Positions 21,200-30,515 of a DNA stretch of 64,000 nucleotides are shown piece after piece. The stretch's first letter is position 1, and each line of letters starts with the position of its first letter. This stretch comes from SAR324 cluster bacterium. GTDB lineage: Bacteria > SAR324 > NAC60-12. The DNA lies in contig JACNJW010000024.1 in the NCBI GenBank assembly GCA_014382365.1, forward strand, positions 225-64,224, in the 5' to 3' direction. The position numbers and the translations under genes are program-made. The notes under the pieces were generated by a model, which was not told the DNA's origin, ran no database searches, and saw nothing but the letters and a program-made list of their open reading frames with translations.

Positions 21200-21897
21200 G
21201 CGAATATTTTTGCAAAACAAAATTATTAAAACTTCAGTTGCAACTTCTGGTTTTGGCTTTTTTATTTACCGGATGCAGTAGCATCCCTGATAGTTCCCCC
21301 AGAATCAGGCAGTACAGCAATAGTCAGACATGGAACAAAACAAATCCACGGATAAAAAAATACGTTCAGGTTTATAGCAACAATAGACATGTAAAAACCT
21401 GTTTAGATAAAGCTACTTCCAGTCGTTATCTGCATTACATTCATCGTGTTTTTTATAAATATGAATTGCCTCCTGAACTTGCACATTTGCCAATTTTAGA
21501 ATCATGTTTTGATACAAAAGCTGATTCAGGTTCAGCCAGAGGAATGTGGCAGTTCACAAAAGCAACTGCAAAAGATTATGGTTTAAAAGTCGGTTGGTTA
21601 GCAGATGATCGGCTTAACTGGCGAAAATCCACTGATTCTGCAGCTCGTTATTTAAAAAAACTCGGTGAGAGATTCAACCAAAATTGGGAACTGGCTCTGG
21701 CTGGTTATAATGGAGGGCCGGGTTATCTGGAGCGGCAAATAAAATCTCAAGGTACCCGAAACTTCTGGAAACTAAAATTACGAAAAGAGACTCATGAGTA
21801 TGTACCTAAATTTCTGGCAATGTTGAGGGTGGCACGAAAGAGATATCCTGAGCTTTATTTTCAGGGATCTCCTCGCGCATGGGCCACTTCAGGATAA
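21139..21897 (+). CDS. lytic transglycosylase (SLT domain) lipoprotein
   Basis: SLT catalytic motif ESCFDTKADSGSARGMWQF and AGYNGGPG. Lipobox LFTGCSS. The annotated ATG overlaps ispE by 61 nt, so the true start is probably a downstream non-ATG codon. Confidence 0.7.
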   Translation: MSCEQRNFHLRKPGLISIFLSEYFCKTKLLKLQLQLLVLAFLFTGCSSIPDSSPRIRQYSNSQTWNKTNPRIKKYVQVYSNNRHVKTCLDKATSSRYLHYIHRVFYKYELPPELAHLPILESCFDTKADSGSARGMWQFTKATAKDYGLKVGWLADDRLNWRKSTDSAARYLKKLGERFNQNWELALAGYNGGPGYLERQIKSQGTRNFWKLKLRKETHEYVPKFLAMLRVARKRYPELYFQGSPRAWATSG

Positions 21898-22058
21898 CAA
21901 AAGTGCAAACTGTTCTTTAAAAGAGAGGGCTTGATTCTGAGAGATGCAATTGTTACATTTCAAGTTTTGGAAAGAATACACAATAAGAAGATATTTTTTT
22001 CAGATTGTATTTGTTTCTGAAAATTATTTTATAAACACATTTTAGAAAAGGATATGCT

Positions 22059-22562
22059 ATGGCAGATGAAGAGAGTGGGGGAGAAAGCAGCGGAGGTGGC
22101 AAAAAAAAGATGATAATTATTATCGTCGCTGTTGTTCTTTTGTTGGTCATTGGTATTGTAGTGTTTTTAATGATGTCCGGTGGAGAAGAAGAAGAATTAC
22201 CTGAAGAGGAAATACCTGTAACAGGCGCTGCGGAACCTCTCATGGAACCTATTTTTCTTCCGCTGGAAAGCTTTGTTGTTAACCTCAAAGATGGCAGACG
22301 TTTTCTAAAAACAACAATTCAACTCATGCTCAGTGAACCCGGTGCTGCGGCTTACCTCACTATACGCCTGGTTGAGGTTAAGGATATTGTACTGACAGAA
22401 TTGCAGGAATTATCGGTAGAAGATGTTAAGCAGTCTGATGCTCGGGAAGCACTGCGGCAACGTTTAATTAGTTCCATCAGTCGAATCTTTCCTTCTAAGC
22501 CGGAATGGGAAGATCCTGAACCAATTAGAAAAGTTTTATTTGAGGAATTTGTAATCCAGTGA
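22059..22562 (+). CDS. fliL: flagellar basal-body-associated protein FliL
   Basis: N-terminal TM (IIIIVAVVLLLVIGIVVFLM) then the FliL core (LESFVVNLKDGRRFLKTTIQL...). Confidence 0.7.
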   Translation: MADEESGGESSGGGKKKMIIIIVAVVLLLVIGIVVFLMMSGGEEEELPEEEIPVTGAAEPLMEPIFLPLESFVVNLKDGRRFLKTTIQLMLSEPGAAAYLTIRLVEVKDIVLTELQELSVEDVKQSDAREALRQRLISSISRIFPSKPEWEDPEPIRKVLFEEFVIQ

Positions 22563-23179
22563 GCTCAGCATTATATATGAAGAGCAGTGCTGCAGAAACT
22601 GGAGATATAATTATTTTGAATCCATTTAATCAGCATGATGTTTCTCTGTTGGAAGGCAGACCAGGAACGGCAATGATCATTAGTTCAAAGCTAATCTACA
22701 TAGTTCAATATTTATTCTCTGTAGCAAATATCTCAGTCAAGTTTACAATTATCCTTTTGCTTTTGCTGTCAGGATTATTTTTTTCTTCTTCTGCACTGAA
22801 TGCTCAAGAAGAGGTAGTCGAAGAAATAAGAGTAATCCGTGAGGGGCCGCCACCACTAGTAGCGCCACAGTATTTAGACCTTGGCACTTTTGTGGTAAAT
22901 ATGCCTGGTGACAAATATTTTCTTAAAAGCAGTATCCAACTGGCCTTCGAGAATGTTGCTGCCAAGGACTGGCTTCTTGCTCGATTGCCAATTGCTAAAG
23001 ATTTAGTCATTACACATCTAAACTCAATTACGATAGAACAGTTTGATAATATTAAAAACCGTACAGTAATTAAAAACGATTTACAGGTTCGTCTTAATTC
23101 TCTGTTTCCAAACAAATCTCCGTGGGAGGATGCAGTGCCTATTCGGAGAATACTATTCCTGGAATTCTATCGGCAATGA
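22559..23179 (+). CDS. FliL-like protein (second paralog)
   Basis: TM segment then LDLGTFVVNMPGDKYFLKSSIQLAFE..., parallel to the FliL core. GTG start overlaps the fliL stop (GTGA). Confidence 0.6.
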   Translation: MSSALYMKSSAAETGDIIILNPFNQHDVSLLEGRPGTAMIISSKLIYIVQYLFSVANISVKFTIILLLLLSGLFFSSSALNAQEEVVEEIRVIREGPPPLVAPQYLDLGTFVVNMPGDKYFLKSSIQLAFENVAAKDWLLARLPIAKDLVITHLNSITIEQFDNIKNRTVIKNDLQVRLNSLFPNKSPWEDAVPIRRILFLEFYRQ

Positions 23180-23322
23180 TTTTAAAATTCACTTCAATCA
23201 TTTGACTTACAGGATAGTCTGATTTTATTAATATTTTCTTAAGTTATTTGGTTGTGGACTTAGCATTAAACTAGTAACCTGTATAATAACATTTTAAATT
23301 TAACACCATAAAGTACTAATCG

Positions 23323-23781
23323 ATGGCAGAAGTAGAATCTATTGAGAATCTGGATGACTTGGATTGGTCCGATGTTGAAAGTGAGTTAAAAGCCAATAGA
23401 GACCAAATTCTTGCTGAAGTTAAGGGTGATCAAAACAAAGATCCAGATGCAGCTCAAGACGGTGACAGTACACAGGAACAAAGTGGTTTGGATTCTACCG
23501 GAAACACTCCAGTCTCAAGCGGTGACATAGACATCAATTTCCTATTTGATGTACAACTCTCAATAGTTGTTGAGGTGGGACGTGTTCAAATGCTGGTCAG
23601 TGAGCTGTTGGATCTGGATGAAGAGTCGATCATTGAACTTGACAGCATGGTAGGCCAGCCTCTGGACATTCGTGCCAATGACTTACTCGTTGCTCGTGGA
23701 GAAGTCATTGTAGTTAACGAAAAATTTGCGGTACGCATCACGGATATCATAAGTCCGGACAATCGTTTTGCTGCACTCTGA
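23323..23781 (+). CDS. fliN: flagellar motor switch protein FliN
   Basis: C-terminal SpoA/FliN domain (VQLSIVVEVGRVQMLVSELLDLDEESIIELD...LLVARGEVIVVNEKFAVRITDII) with an acidic N-terminus. Confidence 0.8.
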   Translation: MAEVESIENLDDLDWSDVESELKANRDQILAEVKGDQNKDPDAAQDGDSTQEQSGLDSTGNTPVSSGDIDINFLFDVQLSIVVEVGRVQMLVSELLDLDEESIIELDSMVGQPLDIRANDLLVARGEVIVVNEKFAVRITDIISPDNRFAAL

Positions 23782-23792
23782 GAGAATTTAAC

Positions 23793-25019
23793 ATGAGTAT
23801 TGCGAGACCAGCATGGCTCAAATTAGGAATAGCGCTGGTATTATGGGCAAGCTGCTTGATGCTTGCTTCCGCAGCAGAAATACGTACACTCAGAAGTATA
23901 GAAGTAGTTCCTCTTGACAATATTGAAGAGTTACAACTTGAATTTGATACAGATTTTTTAGGAGAGCCACTAGTTAATTTTGAAGCCGGCTCAATGAGCT
24001 TGCGTCTTAATTCTGCTAACACAGCTCCTTCGCTCCCCTTATTGACAATTTCAAAAGACAGTTCTATTACCAAAGCAGTTCGTGTAGTCCAAGTTCCAAA
24101 CACAAATATTGTGCACTTGGATATTCTGTTCAAGTCCTCACGGATGCAGTTGAAGCACCCAGTTATAACCCACTCTAACAATTTTTTACTGATTAGTTTG
24201 ATCAGCAACAGTACTGCCAGCCCCGCTCTTTCCAACTCTGAATTACTGACTGAAGAAATTGAAAACCGTGTCAAGACTGATCCTTCTTTCACATCAACCT
24301 TTGCTCAAGAATCAACTGAAGTGGCACCCTTGAATAAAATAAGTGACCTTCTACCAATGCCTGCACAAAATTGGGGAGAAACTATGCTGACTCTGGTTTT
24401 ATCTCTGTTATTCGTCCTATTGTTGATATATTTAATAGCGTTTCTATACAACCGTTTCCTGAGTGGAAGGTTTCCAGCTATGCAGGGAAATGTAAGAATC
24501 CGTCAGGTATCCAGTTATCATGTTGGTCCAAAGCAAAAAATTGTTGTTTTTGAAATGAACGGTCGAATTTTCGCTTGCGGAGTAACTTCTTCTTCCATAA
24601 ATTTGATTGCTGAATTACATGATGAGTCTGATCAGGAATTTCTAAATTCAATTGAGACAAACGAAAATACTAATGAAATAGACTTGGACCGTACAAGAGC
24701 TAATTTCATAAAAACTCTTGACCCTGCCAAAAATAAAGCCAAAGCTAATATGGAGGAGACTGTCGGTCATAATGAAAACTTAGCGACTTCCATAGAACTA
24801 GAAGGATCTGAAGTTGAGCTGTTTATCAAAACTGGCTCAGAAAAAACACAAAGCCAAGTTAACTCTAAGAAAAACAAAAATGAGTTGTCAACTTCTGTTA
24901 GACCTCTTATTTCAAATAAACTGGCAAACAGAGCCCAGATGACTCATGGAAGCCAAATGATGCTGGACTTTGCCAGCAAATTATCCGAACGTCTAAAATT
25001 TTTAAAACCAATTAAATAA
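23793..25019 (+). CDS. fliO: FliO-domain protein with long N-terminal periplasmic extension and C-terminal tail
   Basis: Signal peptide and ~190 aa of unknown domain. Then a FliO-like TM (LTLVLSLLFVLLLIYLIAFLYNRF) and core (VRIRQVSSYHVGPKQKIVVFEMNGRIFACGVT). Then ~150 aa of polar tail. It occupies the fliO position between fliN and fliP. Confidence 0.6.
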   Translation: MSIARPAWLKLGIALVLWASCLMLASAAEIRTLRSIEVVPLDNIEELQLEFDTDFLGEPLVNFEAGSMSLRLNSANTAPSLPLLTISKDSSITKAVRVVQVPNTNIVHLDILFKSSRMQLKHPVITHSNNFLLISLISNSTASPALSNSELLTEEIENRVKTDPSFTSTFAQESTEVAPLNKISDLLPMPAQNWGETMLTLVLSLLFVLLLIYLIAFLYNRFLSGRFPAMQGNVRIRQVSSYHVGPKQKIVVFEMNGRIFACGVTSSSINLIAELHDESDQEFLNSIETNENTNEIDLDRTRANFIKTLDPAKNKAKANMEETVGHNENLATSIELEGSEVELFIKTGSEKTQSQVNSKKNKNELSTSVRPLISNKLANRAQMTHGSQMMLDFASKLSERLKFLKPIK

Positions 25020-25024
25020 GTCTC

Positions 25025-25870
25025 ATGCAGCAGCCTGACATAAAGAGACTCTTAATCCGCTACTGGGCAAAAACCAGACGATGTTTTGATGACATCAGTC
25101 CGGTTGTTCTCTCAACCTCATCAATGAAAGTTGTACCGGCCAGTTTACTGCTTCTGTTTTGTATTGGCTCTCCACTATTTGCACAATCTCCAATTCCGGG
25201 AATCAACATCAGTGTTGATTCAGCCAGTTCTCCTCAGCAGGTTGCAACTACTTTGCAGATTGTTTTTTTACTGACTGTGCTCACAATGGCACCTGCCATT
25301 TTGATCATGACTACTTCTTTCACACGTTTCGTGATTGTGTTATCATTTTTAAGACAAGCCATTGGTACACCTCAGGCACCTTCAAATCAAATCGTTGTTG
25401 GACTGGCACTGTTTCTTTCTCTTTTTGTAATGATGCCGGTATGGGAAGAAGTCAATCAGATGGCTCTTGCTCCTTATCTGGAGGAAACCATTTCGCAGCA
25501 AGAATTTATGGACCGTGCGGTTGTACCAATTAAACGTTTTATGGGTAATTTTACACGTGAAAAAGATTTGGCTTTGTTTGTTCGTATTGCAAAAATAGAG
25601 CAGCCAAAAAACATTGAAGATGTTCCCATCTGGGTCATGATACCAGCTTTTGTGATTAGCGAACTGAAGGCCGCATTCCAGATTGGTTTTTTACTTTACG
25701 TGCCTTTTCTGGTAATCGACATGGTTATAGCCTCAATCCTGATGGCAATGGGCATGATGATGATGCCGCCAGTGATGATTTCTTTACCATTCAAGCTAAT
25801 GCTATTTGTGCTGGTAGACGGCTGGCATTTGATACTTGGTTCTATGGTAAAAAGCTTTATGGAATTTTAG
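25025..25870 (+). CDS. fliP: flagellar export apparatus protein FliP
   Basis: Conserved FliP core (PAILIMTTSFTRFVIVLSFLRQAIGTPQAPSNQIVVGLALFLSLFVMMPV). Confidence 0.9.
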   Translation: MQQPDIKRLLIRYWAKTRRCFDDISPVVLSTSSMKVVPASLLLLFCIGSPLFAQSPIPGINISVDSASSPQQVATTLQIVFLLTVLTMAPAILIMTTSFTRFVIVLSFLRQAIGTPQAPSNQIVVGLALFLSLFVMMPVWEEVNQMALAPYLEETISQQEFMDRAVVPIKRFMGNFTREKDLALFVRIAKIEQPKNIEDVPIWVMIPAFVISELKAAFQIGFLLYVPFLVIDMVIASILMAMGMMMMPPVMISLPFKLMLFVLVDGWHLILGSMVKSFMEF

Positions 25871-25902
25871 CTTTTCATAAACAATTATTAGTAAGTTTAA
25901 TT

Positions 25903-26175
25903 ATGACAGAAGCACTTGTAGTCTCAATTATGATTGAAGCAATGAGGATGGCCACACTGCTGGCTGCACCAATGTTGATTGGCGCATTAGTAGTTGGTTT
26001 GCTTGTTTCCATCTTTCAAGCTGTGACACAAATTCAGGAACAAACACTGGCTATCATTCCTAAAATGGGTGCAATAATGGTAGTTTTAGCAGTACTATTT
26101 CCCTGGCTCCTTTCACAAGCCACTTCGTATATGGCAGGTATATTCACTAATCTCCCCAGATTCATTGGCGGCTGA
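25903..26175 (+). CDS. fliQ: flagellar export apparatus protein FliQ
   Basis: 90-aa two-TM protein with FliQ-like sequence. Directly follows fliP. Confidence 0.8.
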   Translation: MTEALVVSIMIEAMRMATLLAAPMLIGALVVGLLVSIFQAVTQIQEQTLAIIPKMGAIMVVLAVLFPWLLSQATSYMAGIFTNLPRFIGG

Positions 26176-26382
26176 CAGCGTACAGTCAGTACAAGCACTG
26201 TTTTAGTACAAAACATTCAATAAAATACAATCATAGCTATTTCTGGCTAGACCATCTGTTGCTGATAATGGATAATAAGCCTCTGGAAAGTCAAAATATA
26301 TGTTGTTATATATTTTGACTTGCACACAAAATATAACCATCTATTTAAATACTGTTAAAATTAAACATAGTTAAAATATTTT

Positions 26383-28884
26383 ATGATTAATTCTTCTGAT
26401 CCGGAATTTGAAAAAGAAGATGATCTTCAAGAAGAGATTATCGAAGTCCCAGAAAACATTATTGAGCCGCTTCCTGAAGATAAATCACTTGTCATCAGTG
26501 AAAATGTTTTCCCTGAAACTCTGCTCATAGTTCCCCTTTACGATCGGCCGCTTTTTCCAAAAATGCTGCTGCCGGTAATAATTTCTGATGAGAATTTAGA
26601 AAAAGAACTGCTTGAAGACTTAAAAGGACCAGTACGTTATGTTGGTTTGGTCTACAGCTATGAACCTGAAGCAACAAAAAACACAAATGATGAAGAAGTT
26701 CCTGATAAATTAGCTAAGATAGGAGCAGTTGGTCGAATTGTACAGGCTTCAAAACACGGCAACGATCCTCTACACATTATTGTACAGGTAATGGAGCGCT
26801 TTGAGATTATTGAAATTGTTGATGAAGATCCTGTTACTAAAGCAAAAGTAGAATATTTAGAAGAAATTGAAAGCAAAAAATCTGAAGAAGAATTAAAAGC
26901 CTTTTCCGTTTCGATCATAAACATGATTAAAGAATTGGTGCAGTTGAACCCTTTGTTTAAAGAAGAATTGGGTTTATTGATGGGGCGTATTAATCTCAAA
27001 GATCCTGCAACACTTGCAGATTTTGCAGCATCCATGACAACTGCTTCCGGAAAGGAACTGCAGGAAATACTTGAAACAAAAAGTATAAAAACACGAATTG
27101 AAAAAGCGTTGAATCTGCTGAGGCATGAACTGGAAGTAGCAAAACTACAGGTCAAAATTTCTCAGCGAGTTGAGGACAGGATGTCTCAGCAGCAACGAGA
27201 ATTTTTCTTGCGGGAACAACTGAAGGAAATTAAAAAAGAACTTGGTCTGACTAAGGAAGGTTCTGAGAGTGAGACAGAAAGATACGAAGCCCGCATAAAG
27301 AAACTAAAATTATCTGAAGAGGCCAAAGAACGTATTGATGAGGAACTGGAAAAATTACGTTTAATTGAACCTGCATCACCTGAATATAACGTAACACGAA
27401 CTTATCTGGACTGGCTGACAATTTTGCCATGGGGTATCTACAGCAAAGACTTTTATAATATACAGCGCGCAGCTCGAATTCTCGATCGAGATCATTACGG
27501 ACTAAAAGATGTTAAAGACCGCATTCTGGAACTTATATCTGTGGGAATAATCAATGGTGATTTGGCAGGTTCAATCGTATTACTTGTTGGACCTCCCGGC
27601 ACAGGCAAAACTTCGGTTGGACAATCTATTGCTAGAGCCATAGGCCGTAAGTTTTTTCGTTTTTCGCTTGGTGGCATGCGAGATGAAGCAGAAATAAAAG
27701 GGCATCGAAGAACCTATATTGGAGCACTTCCTGGTAAATTTATTAATGCAATCAAAACTTGCAAAACCTCAAACCCAGTAATAATGCTGGATGAAATTGA
27801 TAAAGTTGGTGCAAGTTTTCATGGTGATCCCGCTTCTGCTTTGCTTGAAGTTTTAGACCCTGAACAGAATAAAGACTTTCTTGACCACTATCTTGATGTT
27901 CGTTTTGACCTTTCAAAAGTACTTTTCATCTGTACTGCAAATCAAACAGACTCTATTCCTCCTGCATTACTAGACCGAATGGAGGTCATCCGGCTTTCAG
28001 GTTACATCCTTGAAGAAAAACTGGAGATTGCAAGAAAACATTTGTTACCAAAGCAACTTAAAACACATGGACTCAAAAAGGCTCAGTTTTCACTGCCAAA
28101 ACCAGTTCTACGTGAAATTATTGATGGCTATGCCCGTGAAGCAGGAGTCAGGAGTTTAGAAAATAATCTTAAAAAACTGTTGAGAAAATCTGCCAGAATA
28201 ATTGTAGAAAATGAAGTTGAACAAGTTAAAATTACTAAAGACGATCTTCCGAAAATGTTAGGAAGAAAGACTTTTGCAGAAGAATCACGCTACAAAAAAC
28301 CTAAAATTGGAGTCATAACCGGCTTGGCATACACCAGCGTCGGCGGTGCAACATTATTCATAGAGGCATCCAGTGTTGAAGCCAAAAATCCTGGATTCAA
28401 GCAAACCGGACAGTTGGGTGACGTGATGGTGGAGTCTACGGAAATCGCCTATACTTTCATCCGTTCCCTGGGAAGTACTGACGAAAAAATAAAGTCTTTC
28501 TTTGCACAAAATTTTGTACACCTGCATGTGCCTGCTGGTGCCACTCCTAAAGATGGTCCTTCTGCAGGAATCACTATGGCTTGTGCACTTCACTCTTTGG
28601 TCTCACAGGAAGCTATTATCTCAAATATTGCCATGACGGGGGAGCTGACACTAACTGGTTTAGTCATGCCGATAGGTGGAGTCAAAGAAAAAACAATTGC
28701 TGCAAGACGTGCCGGTATAACTCAATTAATTTTTCCTGCTGAAAATCAAAAAGATTTTGATGATTTAGATGATAGTATCAAAGTAAACATCACACCGTAT
28801 TTTGTCAAAACTTTTCAAGAAGTCCTGCCAATTTGTTTTCCTGAACTGAAAGGTACTAGTAAAAAGAGAATTCCGAAATCATAA
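26383..28884 (+). CDS. lon: ATP-dependent Lon protease
   Basis: LON N-domain. AAA+ Walker [10 protein letters not shown]. Proteolytic domain with [12 protein letters not shown] (catalytic Ser). Confidence 0.9.
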   Translation: MINSSDPEFEKEDDLQEEIIEVPENIIEPLPEDKSLVISENVFPETLLIVPLYDRPLFPKMLLPVIISDENLEKELLEDLKGPVRYVGLVYSYEPEATKNTNDEEVPDKLAKIGAVGRIVQASKHGNDPLHIIVQVMERFEIIEIVDEDPVTKAKVEYLEEIESKKSEEELKAFSVSIINMIKELVQLNPLFKEELGLLMGRINLKDPATLADFAASMTTASGKELQEILETKSIKTRIEKALNLLRHELEVAKLQVKISQRVEDRMSQQQREFFLREQLKEIKKELGLTKEGSESETERYEARIKKLKLSEEAKERIDEELEKLRLIEPASPEYNVTRTYLDWLTILPWGIYSKDFYNIQRAARILDRDHYGLKDVKDRILELISVGIINGDLAGSIVLLVGPPGTGKTSVGQSIARAIGRKFFRFSLGGMRDEAEIKGHRRTYIGALPGKFINAIKTCKTSNPVIMLDEIDKVGASFHGDPASALLEVLDPEQNKDFLDHYLDVRFDLSKVLFICTANQTDSIPPALLDRMEVIRLSGYILEEKLEIARKHLLPKQLKTHGLKKAQFSLPKPVLREIIDGYAREAGVRSLENNLKKLLRKSARIIVENEVEQVKITKDDLPKMLGRKTFAEESRYKKPKIGVITGLAYTSVGGATLFIEASSVEAKNPGFKQTGQLGDVMVESTEIAYTFIRSLGSTDEKIKSFFAQNFVHLHVPAGATPKDGPSAGITMACALHSLVSQEAIISNIAMTGELTLTGLVMPIGGVKEKTIAARRAGITQLIFPAENQKDFDDLDDSIKVNITPYFVKTFQEVLPICFPELKGTSKKRIPKS

Positions 28885-29010
28885 TTTTTTTCTGATTGCT
28901 TCGTTTTAATAACCTGCAAATAAAATGAATTTTGGAAAATAGATACCGCATATCAAATAACTACTACTTTGCAGGTGCATTAATCAGGTGTTAGAAAAAA
29001 ATGAGACTGG

Positions 29011-29838
29011 ATGCTAAGCTCTTTATTAAATTCCGAACTACTTTCTTTGTTTGCTTTATTGTTACTCTCAGGAGCATTTGCGGGATTACTGGCCGGCTTG
29101 TTCGGAGTAGGAGGTGGAATTATTTTAGTACCGGCCCTTTTTTATGTATTTGATGAACTGGGATATGCACAGGCACTGACTACACATCTTGCAGTTGGAA
29201 CTTCATTGGCAATCATTGTTCCAACCTCTATCACATCAGCTTGGTCACACTATAAACATGGTTCCGGCAACATAAAATTATTTCGCAGATTGGCACTTCC
29301 AGTAGCTGCAGGTTCTCTGACCGGCTCATTCCTGGCAGGCAGACTTAGCGGATCAGAACTTAAAGCAATTTTTGCAATACTGGCACTGCTGATTGCCTTA
29401 AACCTGTTTCAAAAAAAGCATTTTGTCCTAGGAACAGAACTACCTGTGCAGCTGAAACTTTGGAGTGTCACTGGAATGATAGGCCTGTTTTCGGCCATGA
29501 TGGGTATTGGTGGTGGAGTCTTTTTTACTTCTTATTTAACTGCTTACAGCTTACCATTGCTTAGTAGCGTTGGTACATCTGCAAGCTTAGGTTTAATGAT
29601 TTCCTTGCCCGGAGTAATCGGATATGTGTTTAGTGGCTGGAACAATCCGGATTTGCCTCCGCTAAGCTATGGATATTTCAATTTAGCCGGTTTTCTGTGC
29701 ATCTTACCAATGACCATAATTATGGTTCCGCAGGGTGCAAAACTAGCTCACAGTCTGAACAAAGACATTCTCAAACGTTGGTTTGCAGTTTTTCTGTTGC
29801 TGATGTCACTGCGCATGTTTTACAAAATATATTATTGA
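29011..29838 (+). CDS. TauE/SafE-family (DUF81) membrane transporter
   Basis: 275 aa, about 8 TM helices, Gly-rich repeats GVGGGIILVP / GIGGGVFF. Confidence 0.65.
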   Translation: MLSSLLNSELLSLFALLLLSGAFAGLLAGLFGVGGGIILVPALFYVFDELGYAQALTTHLAVGTSLAIIVPTSITSAWSHYKHGSGNIKLFRRLALPVAAGSLTGSFLAGRLSGSELKAIFAILALLIALNLFQKKHFVLGTELPVQLKLWSVTGMIGLFSAMMGIGGGVFFTSYLTAYSLPLLSSVGTSASLGLMISLPGVIGYVFSGWNNPDLPPLSYGYFNLAGFLCILPMTIIMVPQGAKLAHSLNKDILKRWFAVFLLLMSLRMFYKIYY

Positions 29839-29852
29839 GATTCCAATTACCT

Positions 29853-30482
29853 ATGAATAACTCTAATTCAAAACCTTTTGTGATGGGAATCAGTGGTGGT
29901 TCTGGTTCAGGAAAGTCAACCATTGTAAATGAGATCATTGAACGCTTAGGTCCGGAAAAAATCGCAGTACTCCACCACGACGCCTATTACCGGCACCGAC
30001 CGGAGCTCTCATTTGAAGAACGTACTAAAATAAATTTTGACCATCCGGATTCTTTGGAAACAAAGCTTTTAGTCAAACATCTCAAGCAATTGATCTCCGG
30101 AAATAAGGTTGAAGTTCCTATTTACGATTTCGCACAACATTTAAGAGATTCCAAAACCAAAAATATAGCACCATGTCAAATATTAATAGTGGATGGTATT
30201 CTGGTTTTGAGTAACAGTCAACTCTGTGAAATGATGGATTTAAAAGTTTTTGTTGATGTTCCTTCTGACTTAAGATTCATCAGGCGTTTGGAGCGGGATT
30301 TAAGTGAGCGAGGACGATCTGTAGAATCTGTGACAGAACAATATCTGACTACTGTGCGTCCAATGCACGAAATATTTGTGGAGCCCAGTAAACAGCAGGC
30401 CAACATTCTTATTCCTGGAGGTGGACATAATCTGAAGGCAGTTCAACTTTTGATAGCACATTTGCAGTCAATTCACTGCTAG
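29853..30482 (+). CDS. udk: uridine kinase
   Basis: P-loop GISGGSGSGKST at the N-terminus when started at the ATG at 29853. The upstream part of track ORF 29697.. overlaps the TauE gene and is rejected. Confidence 0.75.
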   Translation: MNNSNSKPFVMGISGGSGSGKSTIVNEIIERLGPEKIAVLHHDAYYRHRPELSFEERTKINFDHPDSLETKLLVKHLKQLISGNKVEVPIYDFAQHLRDSKTKNIAPCQILIVDGILVLSNSQLCEMMDLKVFVDVPSDLRFIRRLERDLSERGRSVESVTEQYLTTVRPMHEIFVEPSKQQANILIPGGGHNLKAVQLLIAHLQSIHC

Positions 30483-30515
30483 TTATGAAGTTGTTCCCTC
30501 TAATCTTTTGTAGCA

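Noticed and set aside
21953-22288. 111-aa minus-strand ORF upstream of or overlapping fliL
   Set aside because: It is an antisense reading of the fliL N-terminal hydrophobic/poly-Gly region (PPPLLSPPLSSS low complexity). There is no support for it.
23747-24292. 181-aa minus-strand ORF
   Set aside because: It is antisense to the fliN end and the fliO N-terminal region, has no motifs, and the plus-strand genes form a coherent flagellar operon.
26658-27155. 165-aa minus-strand ORF
   Set aside because: It is antisense inside lon, so it is spurious.
29697-29852. Upstream extension of the udk ORF
   Set aside because: It overlaps the 3' end of the TauE-family gene in another frame. The P-loop uridine-kinase N-terminus begins at the internal ATG at 29853, directly after the TauE stop.
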